Shown piece after piece: positions 1 through 9,742 of a stretch of 64,000 bases of DNA (position 1 is the first letter of the stretch; each line of letters starts with the position of its first letter). The stretch lies in NCBI GenBank assembly GCA_018238545.1, contig JABCTC010000005.1:1-64000 (forward strand). Direction: 5' to 3'. The notes below the pieces were generated by a model. The model worked only from the letters and a program-made list of their open reading frames with translations. It was not told the origin of the DNA and searched no databases. The position numbers and the translations under genes were made by a program. Origin of the DNA: Candidatus Heimdallarchaeota archaeon (lineage in GTDB: Archaea > Asgardarchaeota > Heimdallarchaeia > Heimdallarchaeales > Heimdallarchaeaceae).

Positions 1-275
1 AAGTGTTCAAACACTTGCGAACCATAAATATGGCGAGTTTTCGCCAAGCACTACCCATATATCAGCACTTTCCTATATAAACTCGTAGAAAAATGGAAGA
101 AAATTGGAGAGGTATTAAACATCACCACCTCAACATGTAATGATCGACAGCTTAGAAACTTCTGGTAAGTTTGAATAAGATTTTAATCAGCTGTTGCTTA
201 CGGTTGGATTTATTTTTGAAAATCATGTGATGCGTTACTTTATTAACGGATTTATCTCAAATCTAGTAGTAACCA

Positions 276-701
276 TTGGTGATACAGTTGAAAACGTTTA
301 ATGACATAGTAAGATTTGAAACAGCTGGAGAGATTGATATTATCGATCTAACTGAAAGATTCAGCAAATGTGTACACAAGTCTGGAATTAATAATGGCAT
401 ATTATCAGCTAATGTTATAGGATCAACTGGAGCATTAACGGCAATAGAATATGAGCACCGCGTACTAGATGATTTTAAACAAATTCTACATAAACTAATT
501 CCAAAAGGGGCAGGATATAAACATGATATTATCGATTCCAATGCTCACTCACATTTACGTGCATCCCTAATTGGACCTAGTCTAGCAATCTCAATTCATG
601 AAGGAATAATGCAATTAGGGACATGGCAACAACCTGTTTTTGTTTGTTTAGATGTTAGACCTAGATCAAGAAAAGTAGCGATAACCATCATTGGGGAATG
701 A
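276..701 (+). CDS. yjbQ: YjbQ/UPF0047 family protein (secondary thiamine-phosphate synthase-like)
   Basis: Motifs STGAL..IEYE, NAHSHLRASLIG and LGTWQ are typical of YjbQ; GTG start. Confidence 0.9.
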   Translation: MVIQLKTFNDIVRFETAGEIDIIDLTERFSKCVHKSGINNGILSANVIGSTGALTAIEYEHRVLDDFKQILHKLIPKGAGYKHDIIDSNAHSHLRASLIGPSLAISIHEGIMQLGTWQQPVFVCLDVRPRSRKVAITIIGE

Positions 702-937
702 GATTGAGCTCGGAATATTATGTGATTAGATGTAGAAAGAAGGAATGTGGAAAATTTAGTTATTGCAAAGCTAATCAAAAAACCAAAATGTGTCCCTATT
801 GTGAACATCGTATAATGGTTGAAAAAGCAAACAAAACGGTAGTTAATTCCGTAATCCATGCAAGGAAACTTGTTCAAGAGTTTAATAAAAAACTAGGAGA
901 GATGACCGAACCCTCGTGGTATAAATCTGATACATAA
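698..937 (+). CDS. DUF1922-like small zinc-ribbon protein
   Basis: YVIRC...CG...KTKMCPYC pattern followed by a helix (ARKLVQEFN); ATGA overlap with yjbQ. Confidence 0.65.
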   Translation: MRLSSEYYVIRCRKKECGKFSYCKANQKTKMCPYCEHRIMVEKANKTVVNSVIHARKLVQEFNKKLGEMTEPSWYKSDT

Positions 938-950
938 TGAAATAAAATCA

Positions 951-3287
951 TTGTTAGATATGCAGATTTTTGAAAAAGAAAGTGTCACAATATTTTTTTA
1001 CTCTCATTCAAACATATTACTAATGCCTTATTCAAAAGAAACAATTGAGTTGTTAAGTGATTCACCTTTCAAACAGTTTGTCCTTATGGAGCTAGAAAGA
1101 GAGAGATTGTATCAATCATTCATAGAGATTGATGAATTAGATGAAATTAGTAAAATATGGCTAAGTTTTTCGAAAATATGTGCTCAATCACTCGCAGATG
1201 TTTCATCAATTGCAAACTTGCTTTATGACCGCTATATCGATGAATGGACTAGAGATAAAAAACAAATAGATACTGATGAAAAACGTAAAAAATCATTAAC
1301 TGTAAAAATTGAAGACTTGCAAGAATTTCAGATGGAATCAGCAATATTAATGATTATTTATGCGGAGATAGTAAATACAGGTATCTTTGATACGGTCCCT
1401 TCTGACGATTATTGCATAGCATTTATTGAGGGTCACCGTATTTTGAATCGTATATCACAAACCTACTTTGATTCATCACACCCAAGAGCTTCTAGTATTG
1501 AAGAGCTAATGTTAACAATTCAACTTTTAAATCAGAAGCAGCAGGTACTGAATCTTCTTGAAGAATCACCCTATTTCAAAGAGAAAATTACTACTTCCCA
1601 AGAAAAAGCTTCTTATGAACTAGCACAAGCAGAATTCGATGTTTCTTTTACTGCACAGTTTTTCCAAAAACTGCGAAACGATTGGTGGTGGAATGATTCT
1701 ATAGCATCATATTCTGTTTATGAAAGAAGTTTAGCACATCTACAGAATGCATTAAATATTTACAAAAAACTTCCTGAAGATCCTGAATTTATAGCAAAAC
1801 AAATTGAACAAAATCTTATGCTAACAAACCTTGTAATGAGGAATAGGGAATTCGTTGAACATTATCTTAGACTTAGTTTTGAGGCTTCAAAAAACGACAA
1901 TTTTATTGCAAGTGTTGAATATCTCAATTTGGTATTAGGTTTAGGTAACGAAGCTTTAGAAGCTATCTCAGCCAATATTCAACAAGAACCAACAAATCTT
2001 AAACTAAAAGAGAGGATAATCAAGGAAGAGACCTTTCATACTTTTCTGCAAGGCATATCACTTCTAGCAGCTAAGACATCCCAATTGAATTTTATGGTTA
2101 CCACAGCTAAGAAAGAAGAGTTACAAGAAATCATAAAACAAATTGAGGAAATTGTTAATAGTCCGGATCTCAACATCAACAAAAATTACGTGAGCAGTTT
2201 ACCTTTTGTATATCTAAACTATGTTCAAGAATTTAAAATTGCATTACTTGAAAGTACATCCTATGAAGAAGCAATGAAAAGAGCTGAGCAAAATTTCACA
2301 CGCTTCTTTGAAAGATTAGAATTTGCCACCAGTGATTTAGCAGCTCAGTTAACTAAATTAGATAAGAAGGGTAAAAAGATTAAACAAGAAACAATTTCTC
2401 AAATGATAGAGAATATTCAGAATATAAAACTGGCTACTTACTTTTTGCCAAAAAGTGAAGATAAACTGTATATTGTAAAAGATATTGAATGTCTAGAATT
2501 CATTGCAAACTCAATCCAGTTAGAACAATTTTTGAGGGATAAGGAAACAAATGAAGTTCTTGACTTAATTTATCATGCGAAAGCACATTATTATTCAACA
2601 AAAGCTTTAGAAATAACTCAATTAAGCAGTTTTACAAGAATAGATAGCGAATGGGTTGAAAAGCGATATAGCCAAACATTTATTCAAGGTCAGGATATCG
2701 AGTTACGTCTGTTTGAACTAGCTAGACAGTATCTTTTTCTAAATACAGTAATTGATGAGATTGCTAATGGGTATAAGGTTGCAAATACTAAAGATGAGAC
2801 AATTTCAGAAAATTATCAAACAATTATACAACATGCTTTCAATCAATTTGCTGTTTTTGATGCGATAAATATACGTATTGCTGACGATTGCAATGAATTA
2901 TTAAAACACAGGCAATTATTTAACATAGAATCTTCTGACATCAATTGGAAAGCTATAGAGGTAAAAAAACAGTTAACTGACACTTTAATAGATTTTCTTG
3001 AAGCTACAAAGAACGCTATTCTTGGTTATGGTGCCAGTAACAACAAAGATACATACAAAGCTGCCTCATATTTTAATGATGCATCAAAATTCGCGAAAAA
3101 CGCTAACGAGACAATGCAACCAATATCACATTATGATGAAACATTTGCACAGTTGGCAAAAACCGCCTATGAATATAGTATTTTACTTAAGGAATTGGAT
3201 AGAAAGGCTAGAGCTAATGAAAAATTACAGAACCTTCCAATAGATCAGATATTCAACACTCTGAAACAGCTTACTTTCCTCTCTTGA
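951..3287 (+). CDS. Large hypothetical all-alpha-helical (solenoid-like) protein
   Basis: 778-aa open frame with host-like codon use and amphipathic helices; no recognisable catalytic motif; start may be 960 or 1023. Confidence 0.75.
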   Translation: MLDMQIFEKESVTIFFYSHSNILLMPYSKETIELLSDSPFKQFVLMELERERLYQSFIEIDELDEISKIWLSFSKICAQSLADVSSIANLLYDRYIDEWTRDKKQIDTDEKRKKSLTVKIEDLQEFQMESAILMIIYAEIVNTGIFDTVPSDDYCIAFIEGHRILNRISQTYFDSSHPRASSIEELMLTIQLLNQKQQVLNLLEESPYFKEKITTSQEKASYELAQAEFDVSFTAQFFQKLRNDWWWNDSIASYSVYERSLAHLQNALNIYKKLPEDPEFIAKQIEQNLMLTNLVMRNREFVEHYLRLSFEASKNDNFIASVEYLNLVLGLGNEALEAISANIQQEPTNLKLKERIIKEETFHTFLQGISLLAAKTSQLNFMVTTAKKEELQEIIKQIEEIVNSPDLNINKNYVSSLPFVYLNYVQEFKIALLESTSYEEAMKRAEQNFTRFFERLEFATSDLAAQLTKLDKKGKKIKQETISQMIENIQNIKLATYFLPKSEDKLYIVKDIECLEFIANSIQLEQFLRDKETNEVLDLIYHAKAHYYSTKALEITQLSSFTRIDSEWVEKRYSQTFIQGQDIELRLFELARQYLFLNTVIDEIANGYKVANTKDETISENYQTIIQHAFNQFAVFDAINIRIADDCNELLKHRQLFNIESSDINWKAIEVKKQLTDTLIDFLEATKNAILGYGASNNKDTYKAASYFNDASKFAKNANETMQPISHYDETFAQLAKTAYEYSILLKELDRKARANEKLQNLPIDQIFNTLKQLTFLS

Positions 3288-3351
3288 TTTTTTTCTTTTT
3301 AGATTAAGAGTTATATTTTGATAACAAAAAACGAATTTTTTTTAAACCAGC

Positions 3352-4230
3352 ATGTTTAACTCTCACAAGATGAGTAATCTGCCGATATCTGATGATACAA
3401 TTACTATGTTCAATCAAGCTTATGATGTTATAGATAAAATTAGAGGTGAACCAAATAGTGAGCTTGATCAGTATTCTGTAACAAGAGAAACAAGTCTAAA
3501 GCGTGCATTACTAGTAAACCCTGAAGATTATGATAAGAAGAGAATAGTAATGTTGGGGGATATGGACCTTGTTTCGTTGGGGATAGGAATATTTAGTAAG
3601 CCTAGAGATCTTGCCGTACTTGATTTAGACAAAAGAGTTTCAGAAATTGCCTTAAATATGAAATTTAATCAAAAAATCCGTTCTATTCGATTTGTAAATT
3701 TAGATATAAGAATTCGGATGATTGCTATCTTGAGAAATCAATTTGACTATATTTTCATTGAACCACCTTTGACAAAGGAAGGGCTGGAAGTAGGGCTTTC
3801 AAGGGCTTTGCAATGCGCAAAAAAAGAAGAACCCTCAAAAATTTTCCTTTCTTTTGACGCACCTAACAAAGAAGAACTTGTAGAGAAATACACAGAAAAA
3901 ATGAATTTAACAATTGAAAGTGTAAAGAAATCTTTCAATGAATATATGTTTAATACACCGTTAGGGAAAAAAACTTCCGATTTATTCATAATAAAAGTAA
4001 ATACAAACTCCAAAGAATCTGTCTCAGAACACTACTTCGGACCTTTGTACTTCCGAGAGAGTACGCAAGTTCCTCACCCTTATGAATGCAGTTGTGGAAA
4101 AATCTACAATGTTGGAAAAAGTGGGGAATATAGTTCACTAGAAGATTTAAAGAACAAAGGATGCCCGACATGTGGTCATTCAGAAGATTTTCGGTATGCA
4201 TCAAGCATAATGCTAGATGAAACTCAATAG
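3352..4230 (+). CDS. bpsA: Branched-chain polyamine synthase BpsA-like (DUF43) protein with C-terminal zinc ribbon
   Basis: RGEP..ELDQ..VT.ET...R, LGDMDLVSL, LAVLDLDKR and FDYIFIEPP match BpsA motifs; C-terminal CSC...CPTC. Confidence 0.75.
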   Translation: MFNSHKMSNLPISDDTITMFNQAYDVIDKIRGEPNSELDQYSVTRETSLKRALLVNPEDYDKKRIVMLGDMDLVSLGIGIFSKPRDLAVLDLDKRVSEIALNMKFNQKIRSIRFVNLDIRIRMIAILRNQFDYIFIEPPLTKEGLEVGLSRALQCAKKEEPSKIFLSFDAPNKEELVEKYTEKMNLTIESVKKSFNEYMFNTPLGKKTSDLFIIKVNTNSKESVSEHYFGPLYFRESTQVPHPYECSCGKIYNVGKSGEYSSLEDLKNKGCPTCGHSEDFRYASSIMLDETQ

Positions 4231-4255
4231 AAGTATTAAGATAATATGTGATATC

Positions 4256-4612
4256 ATGCCAGAACCATCAAAGAGAAAGACAATTTGCGCAATTTGCGAG
4301 AAAGACATCATCCTTTCAAGTGATATATTACTCAATGGGTGTCCAAACTGTGGATCTTTCAAGTTCAAAACTTTCAAAGAAGGAAGTGTAAAATTTCAAG
4401 ATGAGAAGGAATTAGATATAATAGTTGAAAAGGAAGTAGACAACACAGATATTCAAGAAGGTTTGGAATCAATTCGGTTAACGAGTGAAGGGATTTTTGA
4501 GGTTGATATAGAGAAACTTCTAACAGAATCAGGAGGGGAAAAACCGATTATCAGTAGGGACAAGGATGGTTCTTATTTCATCAAATTCTCCACAAAAGAA
4601 GAAGAAAATTGA
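4256..4612 (+). CDS. oapC: OapC/ArvC (DUF2072) zinc-ribbon protein
   Basis: CAIC...LLNGCPNCGSFKF and C-terminal ESIRL...G.FE.DI..L...I....DGSY.I; ATG 4256 preferred over 4217. Confidence 0.8.
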   Translation: MPEPSKRKTICAICEKDIILSSDILLNGCPNCGSFKFKTFKEGSVKFQDEKELDIIVEKEVDNTDIQEGLESIRLTSEGIFEVDIEKLLTESGGEKPIISRDKDGSYFIKFSTKEEEN

Positions 4613-4682
4613 AAAATTAAAACTTCTCACTTTTCACAAAATTTTAAATGTCATTAATTAAAGAGAGGAAGAGGTATTCTTC

Positions 4683-5546
4683 TTGGCAATGAAAGAACAA
4701 CTAGCAAAAGAGCAAAGAATCGCAAGTGGAGTTAAAGAAATACTCGAATTTAGAGGATTTAAGATTACTACAATAAATGAAGATGATGAATTTTTAGACG
4801 TTTATGCTGAAAAAATCGGACAAGATGATGAGAAAAAAACAGCATTGGCAAGATTTCCAAAAAATCCACAGGTTGGAGTAAAAACTATTAGAATTCTCGG
4901 GAAACTTCAAGCTGAAGAGGAATTAGATGAAGCATTACTAATTGCTGAAGCCCCGTTAACTCATTACGCAAAAAAAGAATCTGTAAAACTTGGAATAGAG
5001 ATTATCAGTAGTTCAAACCCATTGTTCAATATTTTTGAGCATGAGCTAGTCCCTTATCACACCAAATTATCCAATAAAGAAATCCGTTTATTCCTAATAA
5101 ATTATCAAATCGCAAAACATCAAATCCCAAAAATTTCTGAGTCAGATCCCGCTGTAAAAGCAATTCAAGCAAAACCAGGTGATGTTCTGAGAATTGTCAG
5201 AAATCCCATATTAGGGGAACAAGGAGCTTACTATAGAGTTGTTATAAAATCGGCTTCCAGGCTTCGTTTTACAGAAACATCTTCAAAGAAAAAGAAAACA
5301 GCAGCAAAGAAGACATCGACCAAAAAAGTAACTAAAAAGACTGAAGCAATAGCTGAAGTAAAGCCAGATGGAAAGAAAACAGCTGAAAAGAAGAAAGCAA
5401 CCAAAACTGAAACAAAAGCTAAAGTAAAACCAGATGGAAAGAAAACAGCTGAAAAGAAGAAAGCAACTAAAAAAGTAACTAAAAAGACTGAAACAAAAGC
5501 TAAAACAAAGCCAGCTGAAAAGAAAGCATCGGCTAAAAAGAAATAA
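4683..5546 (+). CDS. rpoH: RNA polymerase subunit Rpo5/Rpb5 with eukaryote-type N-terminal domain and Lys-rich C-terminal tail
   Basis: C-domain FNIFEHELVPYH...QIPKISESDPAVKAIQAKPGDVLRIVR...YYRVV; N-domain RGF...FPKNPQVGVKTIR resembles eukaryotic Rpb5; TTG start after GAGGT. Confidence 0.85.
   Translation: MAMKEQLAKEQRIASGVKEILEFRGFKITTINEDDEFLDVYAEKIGQDDEKKTALARFPKNPQVGVKTIRILGKLQAEEELDEALLIAEAPLTHYAKKESVKLGIEIISSSNPLFNIFEHELVPYHTKLSNKEIRLFLINYQIAKHQIPKISESDPAVKAIQAKPGDVLRIVRNPILGEQGAYYRVVIKSASRLRFTETSSKKKKTAAKKTSTKKVTKKTEAIAEVKPDGKKTAEKKKATKTETKAKVKPDGKKTAEKKKATKKVTKKTETKAKTKPAEKKASAKKK
5322..5492 (+). repeat. Intragenic direct repeats in the rpoH tail (46 bp at 5356-5401 and 5422-5467; 24 bp at 5322-5345 and 5469-5492)
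   Basis: aagtaaa(g/a)ccagatggaaagaaaacagctgaaaagaagaaagcaac occurs twice, 66 bp apart; aaaaaagtaactaaaaagactgaa occurs twice. Confidence 0.9.
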
Positions 5547-5560
5547 TTTAGGGGTTAATC

Positions 5561-6508
5561 ATGATTACATTCCTTTCAGGAGGAACTGGAACCCCAAAGT
5601 TAATTCAAGGCTTTAGAACTATTTTAAGTGACGAAAATCTATCTGTGATAGTAAATACTGCAGATGATATATGGCTCTCGGGAATCTATATCTCACCAGA
5701 TGTGGATACGATACTCTACTTGTTCAGTGATTTGTTAGATAAAAACAAATTTTGGGGTATAGAAAACGACACATTCAACACTTTGAAGATGTTGCACTTA
5801 CTTGGTTTTCCTTCTTGGTTCAACTTAGGTGATCAAGACCTAGCAATTAATCTTTTTAGAACCCGGATGATACAAAAAGGTGCCTCTCAAGAAAATATTG
5901 TGAAAACTCTTTCAAATCTTCTAAATATTAAATCAACAATTATTCCTTGTACAAATAATCACATAGAGACTCGCATTATCACAGAGAAGAAAGGTGATAT
6001 TCATTTTCAAGAATTCTGGGTTAAATATAAAGCAAAAGTAAACATAAAACAAGTTTACATAAAAAATTTAGAAAGTGCAGAGATTCCGGAATCAGTTAGA
6101 AGTACAATCGAAAAATCTGAATTAATTATAATTGGTCCAAGTAATCCAGTAACAAGCATTGGACCAATAATTCAGATAAGGGAGATTGCAGAATTATTGA
6201 AAGAACATAAAGATAAAACAATCGCTATAAGTCCCCTGATTGGCAATAAACCTGTTAGTGGTCCCACTGAAATGCTAATGAAAGCTGAAGGATTGGAATC
6301 TACTCCAATGGGAATTGCAGAAATCTACAAAGATTATTGTTCATGTTTAATAATTGACAACAAAGATTCAGATATGATTAATCAGATACAAAACAAAACT
6401 GGATTAAAAGTTCTTTCTGAAGAAATTTTGTTTAAAAACACTCAAGATGCGTCTAGACTAGCTTACTCTATTTTGAATTGGAGAGGTCATCATGACAAAT
6501 ACGTTTAA
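5561..6508 (+). CDS. cofD: 2-phospho-L-lactate transferase (F420 biosynthesis)
   Basis: LSGGTGTPKL, VNTADD, ISPDVDT, WFNLGDQD, HFQEFWV, IGPSNPVTSIGPI, PVSGP. Confidence 0.95.
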   Translation: MITFLSGGTGTPKLIQGFRTILSDENLSVIVNTADDIWLSGIYISPDVDTILYLFSDLLDKNKFWGIENDTFNTLKMLHLLGFPSWFNLGDQDLAINLFRTRMIQKGASQENIVKTLSNLLNIKSTIIPCTNNHIETRIITEKKGDIHFQEFWVKYKAKVNIKQVYIKNLESAEIPESVRSTIEKSELIIIGPSNPVTSIGPIIQIREIAELLKEHKDKTIAISPLIGNKPVSGPTEMLMKAEGLESTPMGIAEIYKDYCSCLIIDNKDSDMINQIQNKTGLKVLSEEILFKNTQDASRLAYSILNWRGHHDKYV

Positions 6509-7274
6509 AATTCAACCACTTATTGCTCAATCTGCTTTAGCTGGTATTGCAAACAGGAAATTTTGTCAACAGATGTTTGATTTGGGAGCAGGAATGGTCA
6601 CCTTAGGTGGATTCCCAGCTGACAGATTAAATTGTAAAGCATCTTTAAAAATGGAAGAGAGGGGGAAAATAGAATTTATTCCTCCGGTAAAAGAGAGTGA
6701 GTTTTCCGAATGGTTTAATCAAAATCTTTTACTTAACAAGAGGAAGAATACTCAAAGAACCGCTGTCAACCTGAGAATAGTAACTATTGATCAAACGACC
6801 GAAAAATGGTTAAAATCTTTAGATGGAAAAATAGATTTCTTAGAATTAAATGCTCATTGTAGACAAAAAGAAGTCCTATCAATAGGAGGAGGAGAAAGAT
6901 TGCTTAATAACCTAAAAAGGTTAGATCTATTACTAACGAACATCTCAAAATTGTTACAAAAAACAGAATTAGGCATAAAAATTAGAGGGAGTTCTGTCGG
7001 AGATAAGGATGCTTTGATTAATATTTTAGAAAAACAACAAGTTAACTATATTCATATTGATTCTATGTTGAAAGGAGAAAATATTGCGGATATTCAATTA
7101 TTAAAATCGTATTGTGATTCTACTGATATTCCAATTATTGGTAATAATTCAGTAAGATGTATAGAAGATATTAAAAAGATGATGAAGGTAGGAGCTATTG
7201 CTGTATCTGTAGCAAGACCACTTATTACACATCCAAATTTTATCGCTGAGTTAATACAACAATTAGAAGGATAG
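6492..7274 (+). CDS. MJ0144-like FMN-binding TIM-barrel (dihydrouridine synthase-like) protein
   Basis: SALAGI, LELNAHCRQ..., GGGE.LL, IHID, IIGNNSVR, AVSVARP. Confidence 0.75.
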   Translation: MTNTFKIQPLIAQSALAGIANRKFCQQMFDLGAGMVTLGGFPADRLNCKASLKMEERGKIEFIPPVKESEFSEWFNQNLLLNKRKNTQRTAVNLRIVTIDQTTEKWLKSLDGKIDFLELNAHCRQKEVLSIGGGERLLNNLKRLDLLLTNISKLLQKTELGIKIRGSSVGDKDALINILEKQQVNYIHIDSMLKGENIADIQLLKSYCDSTDIPIIGNNSVRCIEDIKKMMKVGAIAVSVARPLITHPNFIAELIQQLEG

Positions 7275-7277
7275 AAA

Positions 7278-7889
7278 ATGACAATTGGAATAGTAATCCC
7301 GTTTAGAGGAACTGACTTAGATAAAAGCCGTCTAAGAGAAGATATGAGTGAAATTAGCGTCAAATATATTCTTAATAGGATGACTCAGCAAGTAATATTT
7401 GAAATTATGAAACTTGATAAGAATGTAAATTTGTATGTTCTATCAAAGAATAAAGTCTCTTTTGATGGTAATTACCAAGTTGGTGAAGATCAAGGAAAGA
7501 ATCTCAATGATTCTCTTCAAAAATTTACTTCAAAAATGAGCGAAGATATAATTATGATAATTATGGCAGATTTGCCCCTTATCAACAAATCTAGAATTAA
7601 TGTTGTTCTGGAAACTGTAGAACAAGAAAAAAAAGTTGTTATAGCTCCTGCAGAAGATTATGGTACAAGTATATTATGCTATAACCGAAATACTTCGTTT
7701 CCATTTTTCTATGGGAAAAAATCAGCAAAGAGATTGGCTAATTATCTCACTAAGACTAGTATCAACTATCAAGTTTTGGAATATGATTATTGTTATCAAG
7801 ATATAGACACACTTAAAGATTTAATAAAATTAAATCAAAACAGCTCTCTACCTGAGTGGTTGAAAAGTTATTTTAAGGAAGTAATTTAA
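7278..7889 (+). CDS. cofC: 2-phospho-L-lactate/PEP guanylyltransferase (F420 biosynthesis)
   Basis: IVIPF....KSRL, LNDSL, IIMADLPL, VIAP...GT, DIDT..DL; same operon as cofD. Confidence 0.85.
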   Translation: MTIGIVIPFRGTDLDKSRLREDMSEISVKYILNRMTQQVIFEIMKLDKNVNLYVLSKNKVSFDGNYQVGEDQGKNLNDSLQKFTSKMSEDIIMIIMADLPLINKSRINVVLETVEQEKKVVIAPAEDYGTSILCYNRNTSFPFFYGKKSAKRLANYLTKTSINYQVLEYDYCYQDIDTLKDLIKLNQNSSLPEWLKSYFKEVI

Positions 7890-9034
7890 TGAAAGAAAAA
7901 ATCGAAAGGATTCAAAACGTTTTACGTAAACAAAAAGTTGATGGATGGGGTGTTTTCTGTCATCATTCTTATGACATACATCTCAAATATCTACTCGAAA
8001 ATTGGTTTTCTGCACCCACGTTAGTTCTAATTACTAAAGAAGGAAAACCAAAAGTGATTGCCTCTAGGATGGAAGCTATGATGATAAATTCAGACATCTA
8101 TGACGTTATTGAATACAAAAAAGGTTCTGAGTTACAAGAATTGCTAAAAAAGCAATTCAATTCAATTCCAAAGGGATCAAAGATAGCACTAAACTTTGTT
8201 GAAGAGGATGAAGTTTTCAAACAGATGAATTATGATATTCTAACCAGTGGTTCATTTAAAGCTTTAACATCCTTAAATAAGGAACTTGAATACGTGTCAG
8301 CAAAAGATATTATTTTTGATATAAGAGCAGTTAAAACAAATAAAGAGATTGAAAACCATCAAGAAGCAGCAAGATTGGCTGAAGAACTTATGGAAGAAGT
8401 TATTGAGCCAAGTATTAAACCAGGTATGAGGGAAAAGGAACTTAATGCGCTTATAGAATACGAATGCAATAAAAGGGGCGGTGTTGCTTTTGAAGCAATT
8501 GTTGCTTCAGGTTCAAATGCTGCAATTCCTCATCATAAAGCAGGAGAAAAGAAGATAGAAGAAAATAACGTTTTGCTTATAGACTATGGTGTATCATATA
8601 ATCTTGCAAATTCAGACATAACACACACCTACTGGATAGGTAAAAAACCACCAGATAACATATTGCGTGCATATGAGGCAGTCGATAAAGCGAAAGAAGC
8701 AGCTTTTAATAAAATAAAAGCAGGAGTTTTATCTTCAGATGTTGAAGACGTAGTACGAGCTAAGTTTGAAGAATTTGGATATGATCACGAAAAACTCTTC
8801 ATTCATTCTACAGGACATTCATTAGGTCTTGAAACGCATGACATAGGGATAGGAATAGCTAAAGCTACACCTGATAGACCAAGCAAACAACTTCTAGAAA
8901 ACTCCATTATAACAGTAGAACCAGGTTTATACTTCCAAGGAGAGTTTGGAATAAGATTAGAAGATGATATAGTTGTAAGAAAGGATGGAATTACCCGTTT
9001 ATCATTTACCCCATCAGAAATGAAATGCCTTTGA
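7889..9034 (+). CDS. pepP: Xaa-Pro aminopeptidase (M24 family)
   Basis: AIVASG.NAAIPHH, LIDYG, SDITHT, HSTGHSLGLETHD, TVEPGLY, GIRLEDD. Confidence 0.92.
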   Translation: MKEKIERIQNVLRKQKVDGWGVFCHHSYDIHLKYLLENWFSAPTLVLITKEGKPKVIASRMEAMMINSDIYDVIEYKKGSELQELLKKQFNSIPKGSKIALNFVEEDEVFKQMNYDILTSGSFKALTSLNKELEYVSAKDIIFDIRAVKTNKEIENHQEAARLAEELMEEVIEPSIKPGMREKELNALIEYECNKRGGVAFEAIVASGSNAAIPHHKAGEKKIEENNVLLIDYGVSYNLANSDITHTYWIGKKPPDNILRAYEAVDKAKEAAFNKIKAGVLSSDVEDVVRAKFEEFGYDHEKLFIHSTGHSLGLETHDIGIGIAKATPDRPSKQLLENSIITVEPGLYFQGEFGIRLEDDIVVRKDGITRLSFTPSEMKCL

Positions 9035-9063
9035 TTTCATCCTCTACTTTCTTTTTACCTTAT

Positions 9064-9609
9064 TTAGTTTATTGAAGTCTCGCAAATCTCACAAGTAGAA
9101 TATCCATGAGGTACTTCTGAACCACAGTTTTTGCAAAAAATGCGATCCTTCACTTGAGTCATTATTGGTACTTCATCTGCTATATCAGAAATTTCTATTT
9201 CGCCTTTTGCAGCTTTCCAAAGTTTTGGACTTATAATACGACCAAGAAATGAACCAAAGAGGTTATTGCAAAGAAATAATATTCCGATCAAAACGTAAAC
9301 GAATAAGGAGAGGAAATAGTTCTCTGAGGTTTCTGATAGCCCGATTCCTTTAACTCCGAAAATCGTAAGAATTGACAACAAAGTTGCACCCAATATAGTT
9401 GCAATAATCAAACCTTCTGTTTTAAAGGCAAAAAAACCGACAATTATTCCAGCGGATAAACTAGTAATAATCAAAATAATATATCGATCCCATTGATCAA
9501 ATGTTTCTATACTAGTGACAACAATATAAGAAAGGTAGGTCATTCCTGCACCTAGAGCGAGAGCTAAGAGGTCAAAACCTAATCTTTGCAGTTCTTTATT
9601 TAATCTCAC
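9064..9609 (-). CDS. Four-TM membrane protein with C-terminal zinc ribbon
   Basis: Four hydrophobic segments; FCKNCG...TCEICE. Confidence 0.75.
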   Translation of the reverse strand: MRLNKELQRLGFDLLALALGAGMTYLSYIVVTSIETFDQWDRYIILIITSLSAGIIVGFFAFKTEGLIIATILGATLLSILTIFGVKGIGLSETSENYFLSLFVYVLIGILFLCNNLFGSFLGRIISPKLWKAAKGEIEISDIADEVPIMTQVKDRIFCKNCGSEVPHGYSTCEICETSIN

Positions 9610-9742
9610 TTGATATTCTAAGTTTTTAAACTATATAATTATTCTGACTTTTACTAAGCAGTTCTTCGTAATACTAGCGTGTGTTTACAATAATATTTCT
9701 GTTTAAGGAAACTTACAAGTATGCTTCTTTAAGGTGAATTAA

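Noticed and set aside
1-260. Possible 5' end of a minus-strand gene at the window edge
   Set aside because: Only about 15-19 codons are open to the edge, too short to support a call.
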